A DNA stretch of 64,000 nt from positions 4,728,735-4,792,734 of the forward strand of contig CM082592.2 in assembly GCA_040954595.2 (NCBI GenBank), written 5' to 3'. The translations under genes were made by a program, and so were the position numbers. This DNA comes from Balanoglossus misakiensis. Taxonomy: Eukaryota; Animalia; Hemichordata. Below the pieces are notes generated by a model. It did not search any database, had not been told where the DNA came from, and worked only from the letters and a program-made list of their open reading frames with translations. Within the stretch, counting starts at the first letter, position 1. Each line of letters begins with the position of its first letter. This document shows positions 51,406 through 64,000 of this stretch, piece after piece.

Positions 51406-53549
51406 TTCTATCTATCTATCTATCTATCTATCTATTATTAGCGACCCCAGAGTCCTTGGGATTCTACCATAGAGGGCGTTAAATGAAAAAAAAATTATAA
51501 TACGGCTGAGTAAACTATTGATTTCGTTCTCCTCTCCAACCCCCAATATTGAGGTCGGACGGACCAATAACACTCACTTCAGAAGATCACTGTCGCTAAC
51601 GTTGCTTGGTGAATATCCCAGTCGATGCTGGTTGTCATACACGTCCTGCATATATTCCACAGTCTTGTTACTATCCAGTGTGTTGACGGCTCTGACTGCC
51701 TATAGGGGGGGGGGGCACACATATAATGGAAAGTAGATGATTAGTTTTAATACCGAGAGAGTGATCTGTTACCACGTTCTGAAAACATACTGTGCGCATG
51801 CCCAATGTAGTTTTCATGGTGCCCGAAGAGTATCCAATCTTTTACGCCCGACGTAATGGTACACGCAGTCTGAAGTATGATATTTAAGCGTACGGACTTC
51901 CAACTGTCAACAAATGCGCAAAACCTGAAATGATTGAGTTGGTGTTTGCCGCACACTGCGGCCATCCTCCCTAAAATTAAAATAATTTCGCGTGTTGAGT
52001 AGGTGCTACACTTATATTACCGTTGGTCTCCCGGGGTGAGAATGTATACGCTTGCATGCAGCTATAGCGACCTCATTCTCATGACTTGCGCACCAGCCAG
52101 ATGAGCCAGTGTCAGTTTTCATCACTGTGGCCGTCTGACATTATCAGACAACTGAATCCAACCTCGCAAAATACAGAAAATGGAAATACCTAAAAGGCTT
52201 TCTCGATCATTTATTCATATCTGTGCCCCCACGGAACATCACGGCGGAAACAACAACGTTTGCGATTCATTCGTGTCCGAAGTTACAATCGATCATACAT
52301 TCTTTTTGTCTGTAACTTTACCTCTCATAAACTAAGACTGTTGCTCAGTGAAGTAAGCTTGGCGCACCCTGAGAAGAGATGCCCTCAAACACCCAATTTT
52401 CGATGGCCTTGACCATTCAAACACACCTTCTGTTTGTGTAGGACTAGTACTATTGATTAAATGTCAAAACGTTGGCTGGACTGTCACTTCTATGCCCAGT
52501 AAATCACACATCTCGATTCGCTTTATTTGGTTTTTGCCGTTCCCTGCTGTCAAATCGTGATAGCGTTGTCATACAATAGCCTCATACCTTATCAAATTGC
52601 CCCGCCAATAAATTCTCGTCCTATGTACTACAGTAAAACGGGAAAGTTTCGCGAACGATAAATTTTGGCGGACTGCGCGAGAGCCAAAACAAAAGCGATA
52701 AAAAAAGTCGCGAAAGAACAGTGTGCACACATTCGGAGATAAAGAGAACGCGAAAATTAATCGTTGCGGAATAGTCTCCTCTGTTGATATCGCGAAAATT
52801 TCCTGTCGCGAAAATTTCCCGTTTTACAGTATTTAAATTCCGTAAGTCGACATGTTCGTTTGTTTTTGTGCCCCGTTTCTATATTATCGATCATAGTATA
52901 TAGCTCAGTGTTTATAGAAACGTTATCAAAGTGACTCTCCCGTATGTTATGAAATAACGGGCAGCACTGCTATAAAGTTTAGTTCACCCACTTAAAAAGA
53001 GACACGAGCGATTGTTCTGTGTGTATGGTTCGAATTCTTCCCAATCTCCTCCAGGAAATACAACCCAGCGAAATTGGATGACAATATAAGACAATATATG
53101 ACGTCGACTTATGAAGTGGTACTTGCTAGTTGTTTCTGTGCAACGGGCGACCGTTCTGAGCGATGAAAGGTACTCTAACCACACCCAGCCACTTTTAAAC
53201 GTAAAAAAGTGGAAAATGTGTCCTCCTCAAGCGAACGTAAAGTTAAACTTACCCGTACTGAGAGAAAAGACGCTTTCTTGTAGGGCAAAGGAAAGCCGTG
53301 AAAAGTCACCCTGACGAGTTTGGGGCCGTAGTGGTCGCCGACGTCTTGGAGCACGGGGAAAGCCGCCTTGGCGTCGGGACACTGGAGACACAGGAACATT
53401 TCGATGTGCACCGGGGCCCCGACCCTGCCGCCGTTGTACGGGTAACCGAATCGGTGTTTAGGGACGGGAATCTGGTGAAAATTCCCCAGTAAAGACGCGC
53501 TGCACGTCGACAGGAGTGCCGCCAACAGAGAGATGCGAGGCAGCGACAT
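50246..53549 (-). CDS. Secreted, putatively GPI-anchored DsbA-like thioredoxin-fold protein, ~277 aa
   Basis: Exons 53549-53253, 51699-51578, 51244-51129, 50865-50738, 50416-50246, phases consistent. Signal peptide, 'QIPVP', 'IEMFLCLQCPDA', 'FPLPY', cis-Pro loop 'RGAYGTPWFFING', 'WTSIIDPLL', hydrophobic C-terminus. Confidence 0.85.
51352..51435. repeat. Compound microsatellite (TCTG)n(TCTA)n
   Basis: Read directly. Confidence 0.9.
52631..52829. mobile_element. TA-flanked Tc1/mariner-type MITE
   Basis: TA|CAGTAAAACGGGAAAGTTTCGCGA...TCGCGAAAATTTCCCGTTTTACAG|TA. Solo ends of the family at ~19549, 28320-28360, 28787, 31739 and 54078. Confidence 0.8.
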
Positions 53550-53956
53550 GATCGTTGTGTGTGTGTGCGACAGACTTCAGCCGGCCTCTCCTCAGTGATC
53601 AATACACGTTCCGTCGCGCTCACGTTCAGGCGAATCGCGAGACTCGGTCTGACCTAGACTCTTTCACAGCCCACGGTTCGCTACAACAAGGCGGTCTGAC
53701 CCCGTATGAAGCACTTCAGAATATGGCAGCTCAGCGCGTGTCATATGTACACGGGCGAATTCCACTCGACTTTATTTGCGGAGGGTGTACGTATAGGCAC
53801 CATGAGTCGACAAGTTTGAAACACAGTATGACTTCATTTGTAAATTGATTCGACTCGATTCTGAGTGTCCAATGTAAATCAATTGATATAGCCATTCCTC
53901 CCTACATCAATACGCCAACCCACCCACCCAAACAGCCACCCACTCACCTCCTAACC

Positions 53957-54008
53957 CATCCATCCATCCATCCATCAATCCATCCATCCATCCATCGACC
54001 CATCCATA
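53957..54008. repeat. (CCAT)n microsatellite
   Basis: Read directly. Confidence 0.8.
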
Positions 54009-54970
54009 CACCACGTATTATAGGGTGATAATATTCTCTGATGTTAATTTTCAGGCAATGTTTTTTCCATTTCATATACTGTAAAATGGGGAAATTTCGC
54101 GATATCGAAAGGGGCAAATATTGTTTTGTAGGCCCTATATGCTTCTGAACGCTTTTATCGATATCTCTGAGAATTCGCGTTTCTTAGTTCACTTAATTCC
54201 GCCACAAACACAATACAAGTACATGTACTTTCCAATATGACGCTTTGAAGGTCCACCGATACCAACAAAAGAGACGCGCGTGCTTTCTTAGCCAACGAGT
54301 CATTTCTACCCCCACGAAGCAGCTGCCCGCGTGGCAGTGCATTGTTCGATTCCGATTAGGCATATAACATCCCCCTTTTTCACTCTGTTGCACGTGGCGG
54401 GCTTGTTTGTTGTGACCTATAGCACGATTGTACGACGACGTGGATGAGACTATACCAACTATCAATGGCTACTGCTGCACGACGCTTGTTGTCGTGTGGT
54501 TACTAGCAGAGCAACTGTTTCCACGACGCTGTATAAAACCAACCGCTGTTTGTTTCGCAGGGTCTCGTGGAGCCGTGCACGTATACTGCTATCTGACAAA
54601 ACAAAACATCACCATAAATGCATGTATGTGTGCCGTAAAAAAGTACCTACAAATGTTTTGTATACTCGTTGTCATAGAAACGTCTGTGAATGCAGACAAT
54701 TTGCAGTTTGCACAAGCAACTTGGGAAGTGGGAGCAATCAGCGATGTCGTCAATGCTATTTTCTATCCCTGACGCACATAGCCACGGGCATCTACCGTGT
54801 CCAGTGATTGTCACCGTTTCCTTAGTTATACATGTGTATCGCGCATATTCAACATCGTCCGACCCGCACGTCTTGGCTAGGTCGGCTTTAGGTGCATTTA
54901 ACCACTTTGCTGTTGTGGACGGAAAATGCAATACAAGCAATGTACACAAATACCATCCATGTCAAACAAG

Positions 54971-55312
<342 letters not shown>

Positions 55313-55922
55313 TCATCAGAATATATTCCAAAATCTTTTACCGAACTTGTATTTTGATTTTCAAAATTTGTTGAATAGTCGTCATTTCACATTTTGACAA
55401 CAGCTCATGGAGAACGCCATGTTATGGAGTCGAGAAGGCGAATAATAAAAATACACACAGGGACCCCCCAGGACGGCTCCTTGAGGGAGTTCTTTTGTTA
55501 TCACAAACTGCAACCCGCTCATTAAAAATGACAAAGTTGGTTGTGATCTGCGATATGCACAGCGTTTATTCGTTGCGTCAAGCGCTAGTTGCTATAGTTA
55601 CCGAAGACCCTTTCATCCCCCAAGCCAATTTCTGTTCGCGAGATGAAGATTATAGTTGCCTGTCGCGCGTAGATGCTGGAGTCACGCGTTTGAAAATCTC
55701 GCTGATTTTCGATTTTCCTATTCGCGAGGAATATGACTGATGTGGTCGGTTCGTAAGTGGCTGTTGTGATAGCCTCCGAAAGAAAAAAGGAACTTAGTAT
55801 ACACAAAGCGGCGGACATCATTGTTCGCACAAGGGACAGCTGTTAGAGAGAGGGGGAGCGAGAAAAAAAAGTGTGTTCGAGGTGTTCCAAAATCGGCGAA
55901 GATTATCACGGCAAGGGGCAAA

Positions 55923-58813
55923 ATGGTCGAGTCTGGTACTCGCGGCGCTTTCCCCATACTTGAAGAACTGGATGGGGAAACCGGCAGGGAAAACATCGTC
56001 TGTACCGAACTGGGGCAGTTCACTGAGCCGAGCAGCCGAGCATCCTCCGTGCCGCCTTGCGGTGAAAGGGCGGACGGCCGCAGGAACGTGAGCACCGTCT
56101 CCCTGTTCGACGCCGACAAGTACAGCGACAACGGTTTCATACTCCGAGACAACAGGGGCGCTGCCACGGTGAGCGGCGGGAAGCTGAAACAGAGCAAGCG
56201 ACCGCACACCGGCGGCGACCCTTCGCGGCGGAGTTTCTGGAAGTCGTTCAGGAACGTGGTGAGGTTCCGCAATGCGGTGGACAAGAAGAGGAAAATCTCC
56301 AAGCCCATCCAGAGGAGGGACTCCTTCATGGAGAGGTTCACCACCCGCCAGCGGGAGATGGCGATGCAAGACGCCGCCGCGACGTTCGACTCCCGCCACC
56401 GCGAGGGCGACGACACGCAGATGTGCGGGGACTTCCTCGTCGTCCACCCGGACGAGAACTTCAACTTCTACTGGTCGATGGTGGTGTCGGCGGCGATCGT
56501 CTACAACATGTGGCTGATCATCGCCCGCCAGGCGTGGCTCGACCTGCAGAACAACTTCAGGGAGCTGTGGTTGACGCTGGACTATGTGTCGGACTTCATC
56601 TACCTGTTGGACATCGGCGTCCAACTGCGGCTGGGGTACCTGGAGCAGGGGATGGTGGTGCGGGGCTCCAAGAAGCTGGCCATGCACTACGTGAAGTCGA
56701 GGGCCTTCAAACTGGACGTGGCGACGCTGCTGCCTCTCGACCTGCTGTACCTGGTCATCGGCAGGGTAGCGCCGATGCTGCGCTTTCCCCGATTCCTCAA
56801 AGTCTACCGCTTCCGACAGTTCTACTACATGGAGGAGAGCCGCACCGCGCAGCCGAACATCTGGCGAGTCATCAACCTCACCCACCTGCTCTTTCTGCTG
56901 ATACACTGGTTCGCCGCCATATACTACCTCATCAGCGAGAGCATGGGGTTCGCCAGTGACACGGGGGACCAGTGGGCCTACCCCCAACCTGTCGGGGAGT
57001 ACGCCGGTTTGACCAGAAAGTATCTGTGGTGCGTGTACTGGTCGACGTTAACCCTCACCACCATTGGAGATTTACCGTCGCCAGTATCGAACTGGGAGTA
57101 AGTGTATTCATTCATTCATTCATTCATTCATTCATTCATTCATTCATTCATTCATTCATTCATTCATTCATTCATTCATTCATTCATTCATTCATTCACT
57201 CATTCATTCATCATGAACTTGACATTTTCGCTTGAGCTGATAATTATTGTGTTTTGTTTTGGTTTTCGCAGGTACCTTTTCCAGACCTGCAGTTATCTGA
57301 TCGGTGTGTTCGTGTTCGCTACCATCGTAGGTGAGTTCAGTAACATCACACTTGGTGGGGGTGGGGTGGTGACGAGGACAACGAACTTACAGACAGACAG
57401 ACAGACAGAGGCGCCAGGGTAGAAAGGGCAAGCAAGGCAGTGACGCTGTGCTCTAGTGCAAAACTCTTTTTCAGTGAGCACACAAAACTGTTTTGTTATA
57501 TACGCTCTTTTACTAGCAAGGACAATTACCTCGTTGGCCCGTTTGGGGCATAGCGGAAATCTGACGTGTACATCATACGTCAAGCCAATCAATAAACCTG
57601 GTAAAGGAAATGTACTGGTTATCCTGAAATACGTACTTAATGGATTCACGCAGTGTGGAATACGGACTTTCGGTCAAAGGGGTCCCTTTATACATGTACA
57701 TGTATTCAGTTAAACGTGATTTCTACGTAATCTAAGACTCATTTTCTTCGTATTTTTGCGTAAATTTGCTAATAATTATATGAACGTTTGGTGTGAAGTG
57801 ACGAAAACTTAATTACCTTCGATCAATTTAATGCCATGTGACAAACTAACGCCTTGTTTGGAATCATTGCGAAACTGCCACGTGTGTAGCGTGTTCACAA
57901 CCGGGGCCATTTTTTTCCGTTGGCCGCCAAGGAAACCCGCGGTCTGCGGCCGACTAGGAAACTCTGGTCGGAGACTATATACTGTACGTGTTCAAAATCA
58001 TTCGATATAGCCTACATGTTCATGTTCATTTTTCTCTACAATTGGATCTGTCCTTGCCTGGTGCAGTATTTGCCCGAGTTTCTCCGTTGGTGTATACAAG
58101 TACCTGGCAACTGAATCGTTACCACGGAAACAAAATGAATGCGCGCATTCATGCCGGACAATCGTCGGTCGTCCAGTGCATTGTAGTATAACACTCTAGA
58201 CTATGTATTTTTCGCCTTTGCGGAAAACACTAGTGTAAGCGGGCGTATGCAAAAACACCACGTAGACTAGAGTGCTAGACCGAGTGCATTCATAAGCTCA
58301 TTTCACCGATCCAGTGCCAATTGGAAAGTGGTATTTTCATGTCGGCGTAATGTCAATCGCGAACACGTGGCACTAGGTTCAAGACTGGTCACTTTAAAAA
58401 TAATCTTTAATTTAAAAAGCTAAACACGACGAGAGATCTTGAGGCTTTCGTGATTTTTCAGCCGAGGAAAAGCCAAAGGCAGACATCCGCCAGCCCAACA
58501 ATGCCTCTTTTCAAAAAATGTACGCAAACGGTCTCCCACGGAGAGTCCTTACGCTCCATCTATCCGTAACTATGGCAACCATTCCCAGCATGGAAGAATT
58601 ATGATTATCTTCCAGGAAACATCTGCAGTAGTCCTTTTTTACGGAAATCATTACATATTCACGACTCATTCACCCCTTAAGGTTAAAATTTTGATCTTCT
58701 GAGAACCTCATGCGTAGAAGAAACTTATGAATATGCCCTATTTTTGTACTTTTCAACGATTAATCATCCCGCCTGTAGTTAGCCTAATTTGTTTACTTAT
58801 GATCTGAGTCTTT

Positions 58814-58892
<79 letters not shown>

Positions 58893-61800
58893 GCCCCTGC
58901 CTCTCTGTAAGTCTGCTTGTGCCTGTCTCTATATCTGCATATCTCCTACCCCAGTGTGTCTCTCATTCCCTCTCTCTCCCCTCTCCCCCTCTCTCACTCA
59001 CCCTCGCTGTATCTGCCCCTCTGCAGCCTGCCTGCCTCTCTGTATCTTTCTCTATCTGTCTGTCTTCTACAGCCCTCTCGCCCCCCCCCCCCTCTCTCTC
59101 TACAAAAATATCAAAGAAACATTCAAGTTTGATTTTCACTTTTCCAATGGCAACTTCCATTTGCAGGTCAGGTCGGCACAGTCGTGGAAAACCGCAATGC
59201 ATCTCGGCTCGACTTCGAAAAGCACCTGGTGAGTCCGTATTCATTGTCACGATCGAATTAGGGTCGAAAGTCTTGCCCAGTTATTCTTACGGCGGCATTA
59301 CACGATGCAGGAAAATCTCAATATAAACTTTCATCTGTCTCTTCCCAATAGCGAGTTTGTTTTGCCACGCGCACTGAATTCAAAATTCAAAGGAAAGGTT
59401 TACCTATAGACAGCATTGCGTTAAAGGCCACGTGCTCATGGATGGGAGAGGGTTTTAATCTTTTTTTTTCGTGTAGAAGAAATATAATGTCCTAACTGTA
59501 ATAATTGATTTTAGGATAACACAAAGCAGTATATGCGCACGCATAACGTGCCGGAAGACGTGCAGAGGCGTATTCAACGATGGTACGATTACACTTGGGC
59601 AAGGTGGGTTAAGTGAGTGAGTGGTTGAGTGAGTTGGTAAGTGAGTGAGTGAGTGAGTGAGTGAGTGAGTGAGTGAGTGAGTGAGTGAGTGAGTGAGTGA
59701 GTGAGTGAGTGAGTGAGTGAGTGAGTGAGTGAGTGAGTGAGTGAGTGGTTGAGTGAGTCAGTAAATGAGTGAGTGAGTGAGTGAGTCATAATGTTCGTGG
59801 ACGCGGCCTAAAACAAGACGACTTATCAAACCAAGTAGGCAAAATCTGACAATGTGCGCCATTTTTTCGTCTTTGCTGTTTTTCTCCTGTTATCGGCCAA
59901 TCACAGTTCCTCTCGGCGTCTTGTCTAAGTACATAAGCATTTTTGTAGAATTGTGAGAATTTAGTATAATATTGTGTTTTCTATTTTTGTTGCGGTTGTC
60001 AAGTAGATGTCATGATTCGTGTTGTGTATTCTCCGTCGTGCTGGAAGCTTTTTACAGGGCTTCGGGCGTTTTGACTAACCGAGAAAAAAACATAACAGCG
60101 TTGTTGCTTGACGATGACTAAACAGTGTATTTGTGTCTCGTTTACAGGGGGCATTTGACCGGGGGCGGTGACCTCAGCAACCTGAGTCTGCTGCCGGAGA
60201 AGATGAAGACTGAACTGGCGCTTCACGTCAACCTGGAGACACTCAGAAAGGTTGGAACATTGTGAAGAGATTTGTCTGACAGTATAAAAACACCAAACGT
60301 GAACAGTATACACATGTGTTTTATAACACACCAAACACGACACACACAGGCAACAGTACCGGGCAGAAACCGATCGAACTGATGCCCTAGGGAACAATTC
60401 AAAATGACTAAGGTCACGTGACGGCGTTTTGACGAATCACGATCGAGGGTTCACTGCATGGTGTGTTATAACAGCTTATATGTTACGTCAACCTTCTTTT
60501 GCGCGGCACACTTGTGTTTGGTAGTTAAAATCCGAGAAGAAACAAATTCACTAGCTCGTTTGATTGGATTTATCCATATACAGTACATCTACTTTCAGTG
60601 ATCTACTGTCTAGCTATAGACCAAATAATTCCCAAATGATTTCCTCGAAAGATTGACATAATGTTAACATCGTACAAACTGTAATGTTTACCGTGATCAA
60701 CAGGTCGCTGTTTGCCTCCATGACGTGTATTAATTTTCTATCAAATCAGTAAATAATTGAAGTACAACACTAAATTCCTTGTTCATGAAAAATATAATTG
60801 TCGCATTTTGTCCGCATCAACTTGGAAATAAACGAATTCAACGAGTTCATATGCATTTAGCAGAGTTTGTACGATGTTAAATGTCAAGTTCGAGCTTACG
60901 AATATTTAAAAATACTGGTATATCATTCACAGAGAACTCACCCCACCACTTTGTAGCTTTAACGGAGAGGAGTAGGCCTCCAAAATCACCGTCGTCTACG
61001 GACCATATCACAGCCACAACGGAACCGCACGGTTGTGCGTAACGAAATGAATTGAAGAACCGCGTTGCATAACTTTGAGGGTCTTTTATAGTGCGTACCA
61101 GGTGGCTGTGATGCAAATGCAAATTACCATGCGCAGGACATGTAGGATCAATAAACGATCAATAAACGTCATTGAAAAGGGCTCCATTGAAACAAAACAA
61201 AATTAATTTCACTTGTCACATTATGTTTCCTGCAAGTACGAGATTTCTGCACACAGGAAATAGGGTCGTCCAAACATTTTCTCTGCGAATAAAAGTCACT
61301 GTAAAGCTACATGGATTTAGCTGCAAATACACTTTTATAGGCTGGCAGTAAAGTTCAAACTCGTCCGTTCCTCCCATGATAGTCAAATATAACATCTCTA
61401 CCTCCTCTACACCTCTACCATTTGTGACAGGTTACGATATTCCATGAGTGTCCACCAGAATTTCTTCACGACCTCGTCCTGAAAATGAAGGCATTTATTT
61501 TCACGCCAGGCGATCTGATCTGCCGGAAAGGCGAGATCGCGCGAGAGATGTTCATCATCGCCGACGGTATCTTGGAGGTCACAAGGTCAGTGTGTGAAGT
61601 TTTTGTTTCGTTTTGTTTCTGCTATGTGGTCTAGAAGGCGTTAAATATTAGGGTACAGTCTAGAGAAAAGAAGGGTTACTCAGTCAATTGGAAGACAATT
61701 TTGAAAGATAATACGAAGAGTTCCTAATATCACCCGGAGGTCTTCTTGGACGCCATTTGTATTTCTGGAGGCGGATCGCCAGAAAACTTTCGTCGTTGTA

Positions 61801-63692
61801 AAATAAAGTAAAACACGGCCTCTCATTTCATCCTGACAGTGACGTTGGCGAGGTGTTCACCACTCTCAAAGCGGGAGACTTCTTCGGTGAAATTGGCGTT
61901 CTCAATCTGGACCAGGAGAGCGGAGCAAACAAGTAAGTAGAACAGTGCCTGTCAACTTTCTTAACTTCTGAGCACCCATGCCTGTGTGGGCGAATTGATC
62001 GAATACTCAACTGTACGGCATGCGATGTTGTGGCCAGTCTAAAGACTCGAATATTGCCCAGACAATTATTCCATGATGTGTTTTCTGACAATAGATAAGT
62101 AGTACTCATTATAGATATTTGCGAACAGACGACGCGGGGTGTCGTCCTCGGAGACCGCAGTGGGAGATATTTAGTTTTTCATCGAACGCAGCCGTCACAG
62201 GTGAAAAGCCAATTTGCTATATAATCATCTCGCCACGGAGGAATCAGTTCAGCTGGCTCTACGTTTAAAGGGATGATTTATATCCTGTTGTTTCCCTTGA
62301 AACCGTTGCGTGTGTCTGCCCACAACATTACGTTTGAGTTATTTTTGTCGGTTATAGCTATGACATTTTGCAAACTTGGGTTTCACAGGTTCATGGAGTT
62401 TCTGGGACAAATCTAAATATCTCGTTTTCTTCTGGTTTCTTTCCGTTTACGACAGGCGCACGGCGGATGTTCGGTCGGTTGGGTATTCTGAACTATTCAC
62501 TCTGTCAAAAGATGACGTTTTGACCGCCATCAAAGATTTTCCGCAGGCGCAGGTAAGGGCGACCGCCATATTGACACCCTCGGGTTCAATGACGTCATTG
62601 GAAGTGAAAATACTCTGATGAAGAGATCGGTAGGATTCAATTCTCGCGATCCATAACTCTTTGTTTCCGCGCCACAAAAATAACGCTGTAAAGAGGCCGT
62701 GATGGGATAAAGGTGTTACGAGTGCTTTTTGCTTTTTTATATTCGTTACATATGATGAGCTTCTTGCTGTAAGGGGTAAGAAGACATCTGGCAACTAATG
62801 ACAAGTCACACAGGAATTCCGACAACTGGAACCCACGAAACGTCCACCGTATGGGCTGAAAGATTGTAGAATTACCCGTATTCCGGTGAAAATAACTGGT
62901 TCATTATTGTGTGTTTGTTTCGCTTTTCTTTTCTTTTTGCCAGAAAATTTTAGAAGAATTTGGTCGGAAGCGACTTAAGCACAAAAGATCCAATAGCAAA
63001 GACAACGATGACGAAGTTGGGGCGGAACCCGCATCGTCCAACGACAGCCAGCCTATCGTCGGAGTCACCATAGAGGGCACTTCCACGGCGGGAGGGGGCC
63101 TGGCGTTTGAAACCACAATTGAACCCATCATGGAGTCAGATTTTCGTCGATGGTGAGAAATTTTACACAATACACACTTTTTTATATTGCGAATACCGAC
63201 CATTTAAAGAACTATTGTTTCTTCACCAGTCTACTCTCTAGTCTCTACTCAATGTAGAAATACATGTACATGTATATTCGTCCCCTCCCCCAAGAAGGTA
63301 TAGAAGGTTGGCCCTATATTCAAATACCGCGTGCACGTTTGGAGTTTTCTATTGAGAGCTCTCCACTTTCCCCACGCAGGTCGATGGACCCCGACAGCTT
63401 CCGTCCCGCTGGCCGCATGAGCGAACTGGAGGCCCCGGTCATCACACACCGGCGGGGCAGCGACTCGTCGGACCTGAGCGCCGCCGTGCGGCTGATCACC
63501 GAGGTGTACCCGTCGCCGGTGCCCAGCGACGTCGAGTCGCGGCAGTCGGAGGTGCTCAAGAAGAAGCTGAAGATACGGCGCAGCGGGAAGAGGCGGACGA
63601 GCAACAAGTCGAGCTCCGGGAACGACGACGAGCTCGAGTGCCAGATAGCCGACATTTCACTCAGGGTTCAGTCGCTTCTCCACAAGAAACTG
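55923..63692 (+). CDS. Cyclic nucleotide-gated channel, CNGL-like invertebrate subfamily, 3'-partial
   Basis: Exons 55923-57097, 57272-57330, 59167-59228, 59515-59603, 60148-60250, 61431-61585, 61840-61932, 62456-62552, 62944-63152, 63380-63692, then an open donor. S1-S6, pore 'YWSTLTLTTIGDLP', C-linker 'FATIVGQVG...RWYDYTWARG...ELALHVNL', CNBD 'PEFLHDLVLKMKAFIFTPGDLICRKGE...GDFFGEIG...RTADVRSVGYSELF'. The start is the first in-frame ATG (gcaaaATGG), so an upstream coding exon is not excluded. Confidence 0.93.
57106..57213. repeat. (TTCA)n microsatellite immediately after a CNG donor site
   Basis: Read directly. It fills most of a 174-bp intron. Confidence 0.95.
58814..58893. repeat. (TCTG)n microsatellite followed by a CT-rich tract
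   Basis: Read directly. Confidence 0.95.
59612..59786. repeat. (GAGT)n microsatellite immediately after a CNG donor site
   Basis: Read directly. Confidence 0.95.
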
Positions 63693-64000
63693 GTGAGTGG
63701 ACGTGTACAGGCCGTTCGAATCAGTAGGCCTAGATCGTAGCAGCGGCGTAGATCGACTCGCTCCCGCGATCCAAACAGCAGAAAGGAAGACTGCAAAGCG
63801 AGTAACAGCGTAAAGAAAATGTATAAGTTAAAATACACCAATCTTGTTTCTCCGCTCGTCTTCTCACCTATTTGGGGTGCCTCGTGCACACAACATAATA
63901 ACTCGCATGTTGACATGACAACAGAGATCGAAGTTAATAGGTCCATACTTTCACTGAATGCAAACTGTAGCCAGTCCGTTTTATCGACACACAAGATAGA

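Noticed and set aside
55718-56987. Long antisense ORFs (389 aa and 248 aa) and alternate-frame ORFs over CNG exon 1
   Set aside because: Shadow ORFs expected from high-GC3 coding sequence, with no recognisable domains.
57600-58700. Possible DNA transposon in CNG intron 2
   Set aside because: CpG-rich and repeat-like, but I could not define TIRs or a TSD.

Overview
Eukaryotic, intron-rich animal DNA with GT-AG introns. An invertebrate deuterostome such as a hemichordate is plausible from gene content and repeat style, but this is inference only. I spliced six genes by hand: (1) the 3' part of a voltage-gated Ca2+ channel alpha2-delta subunit (+, 1085-21737, 5' end outside the window); (2) porcupine/PORCN (-, 24921-29139); (3) ARL6IP4/SR-25 (+, 30054-32081), head-to-head with PORCN; (4) an MFSD4/NaGLT1-like MFS transporter (-, 45399-48091); (5) a secreted, probably GPI-anchored DsbA-like thioredoxin-fold protein (-, 50246-53549); (6) a CNGL-type cyclic nucleotide-gated channel (+, 55923 to beyond the window). 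Between ARL6IP4 and the MFS gene is a ~12-kb gene-free block with four adjacent satellite arrays (86, 106, 46/48 and 214/220 bp units), two long hairpins and promoter-like CpG-rich ends. Several TTAA-flanked Kolobok/piggyBac-type and TA-flanked non-autonomous elements are present. The most notable signals are frame-preserving candidate microexons (9, 3 and 21 nt) and two large glycosylation-rich candidate cassette exons in alpha2-delta, the composite satellite block, and the shifted CxxC motif of the DsbA-like protein. All coordinates were read by eye and no database search was run.
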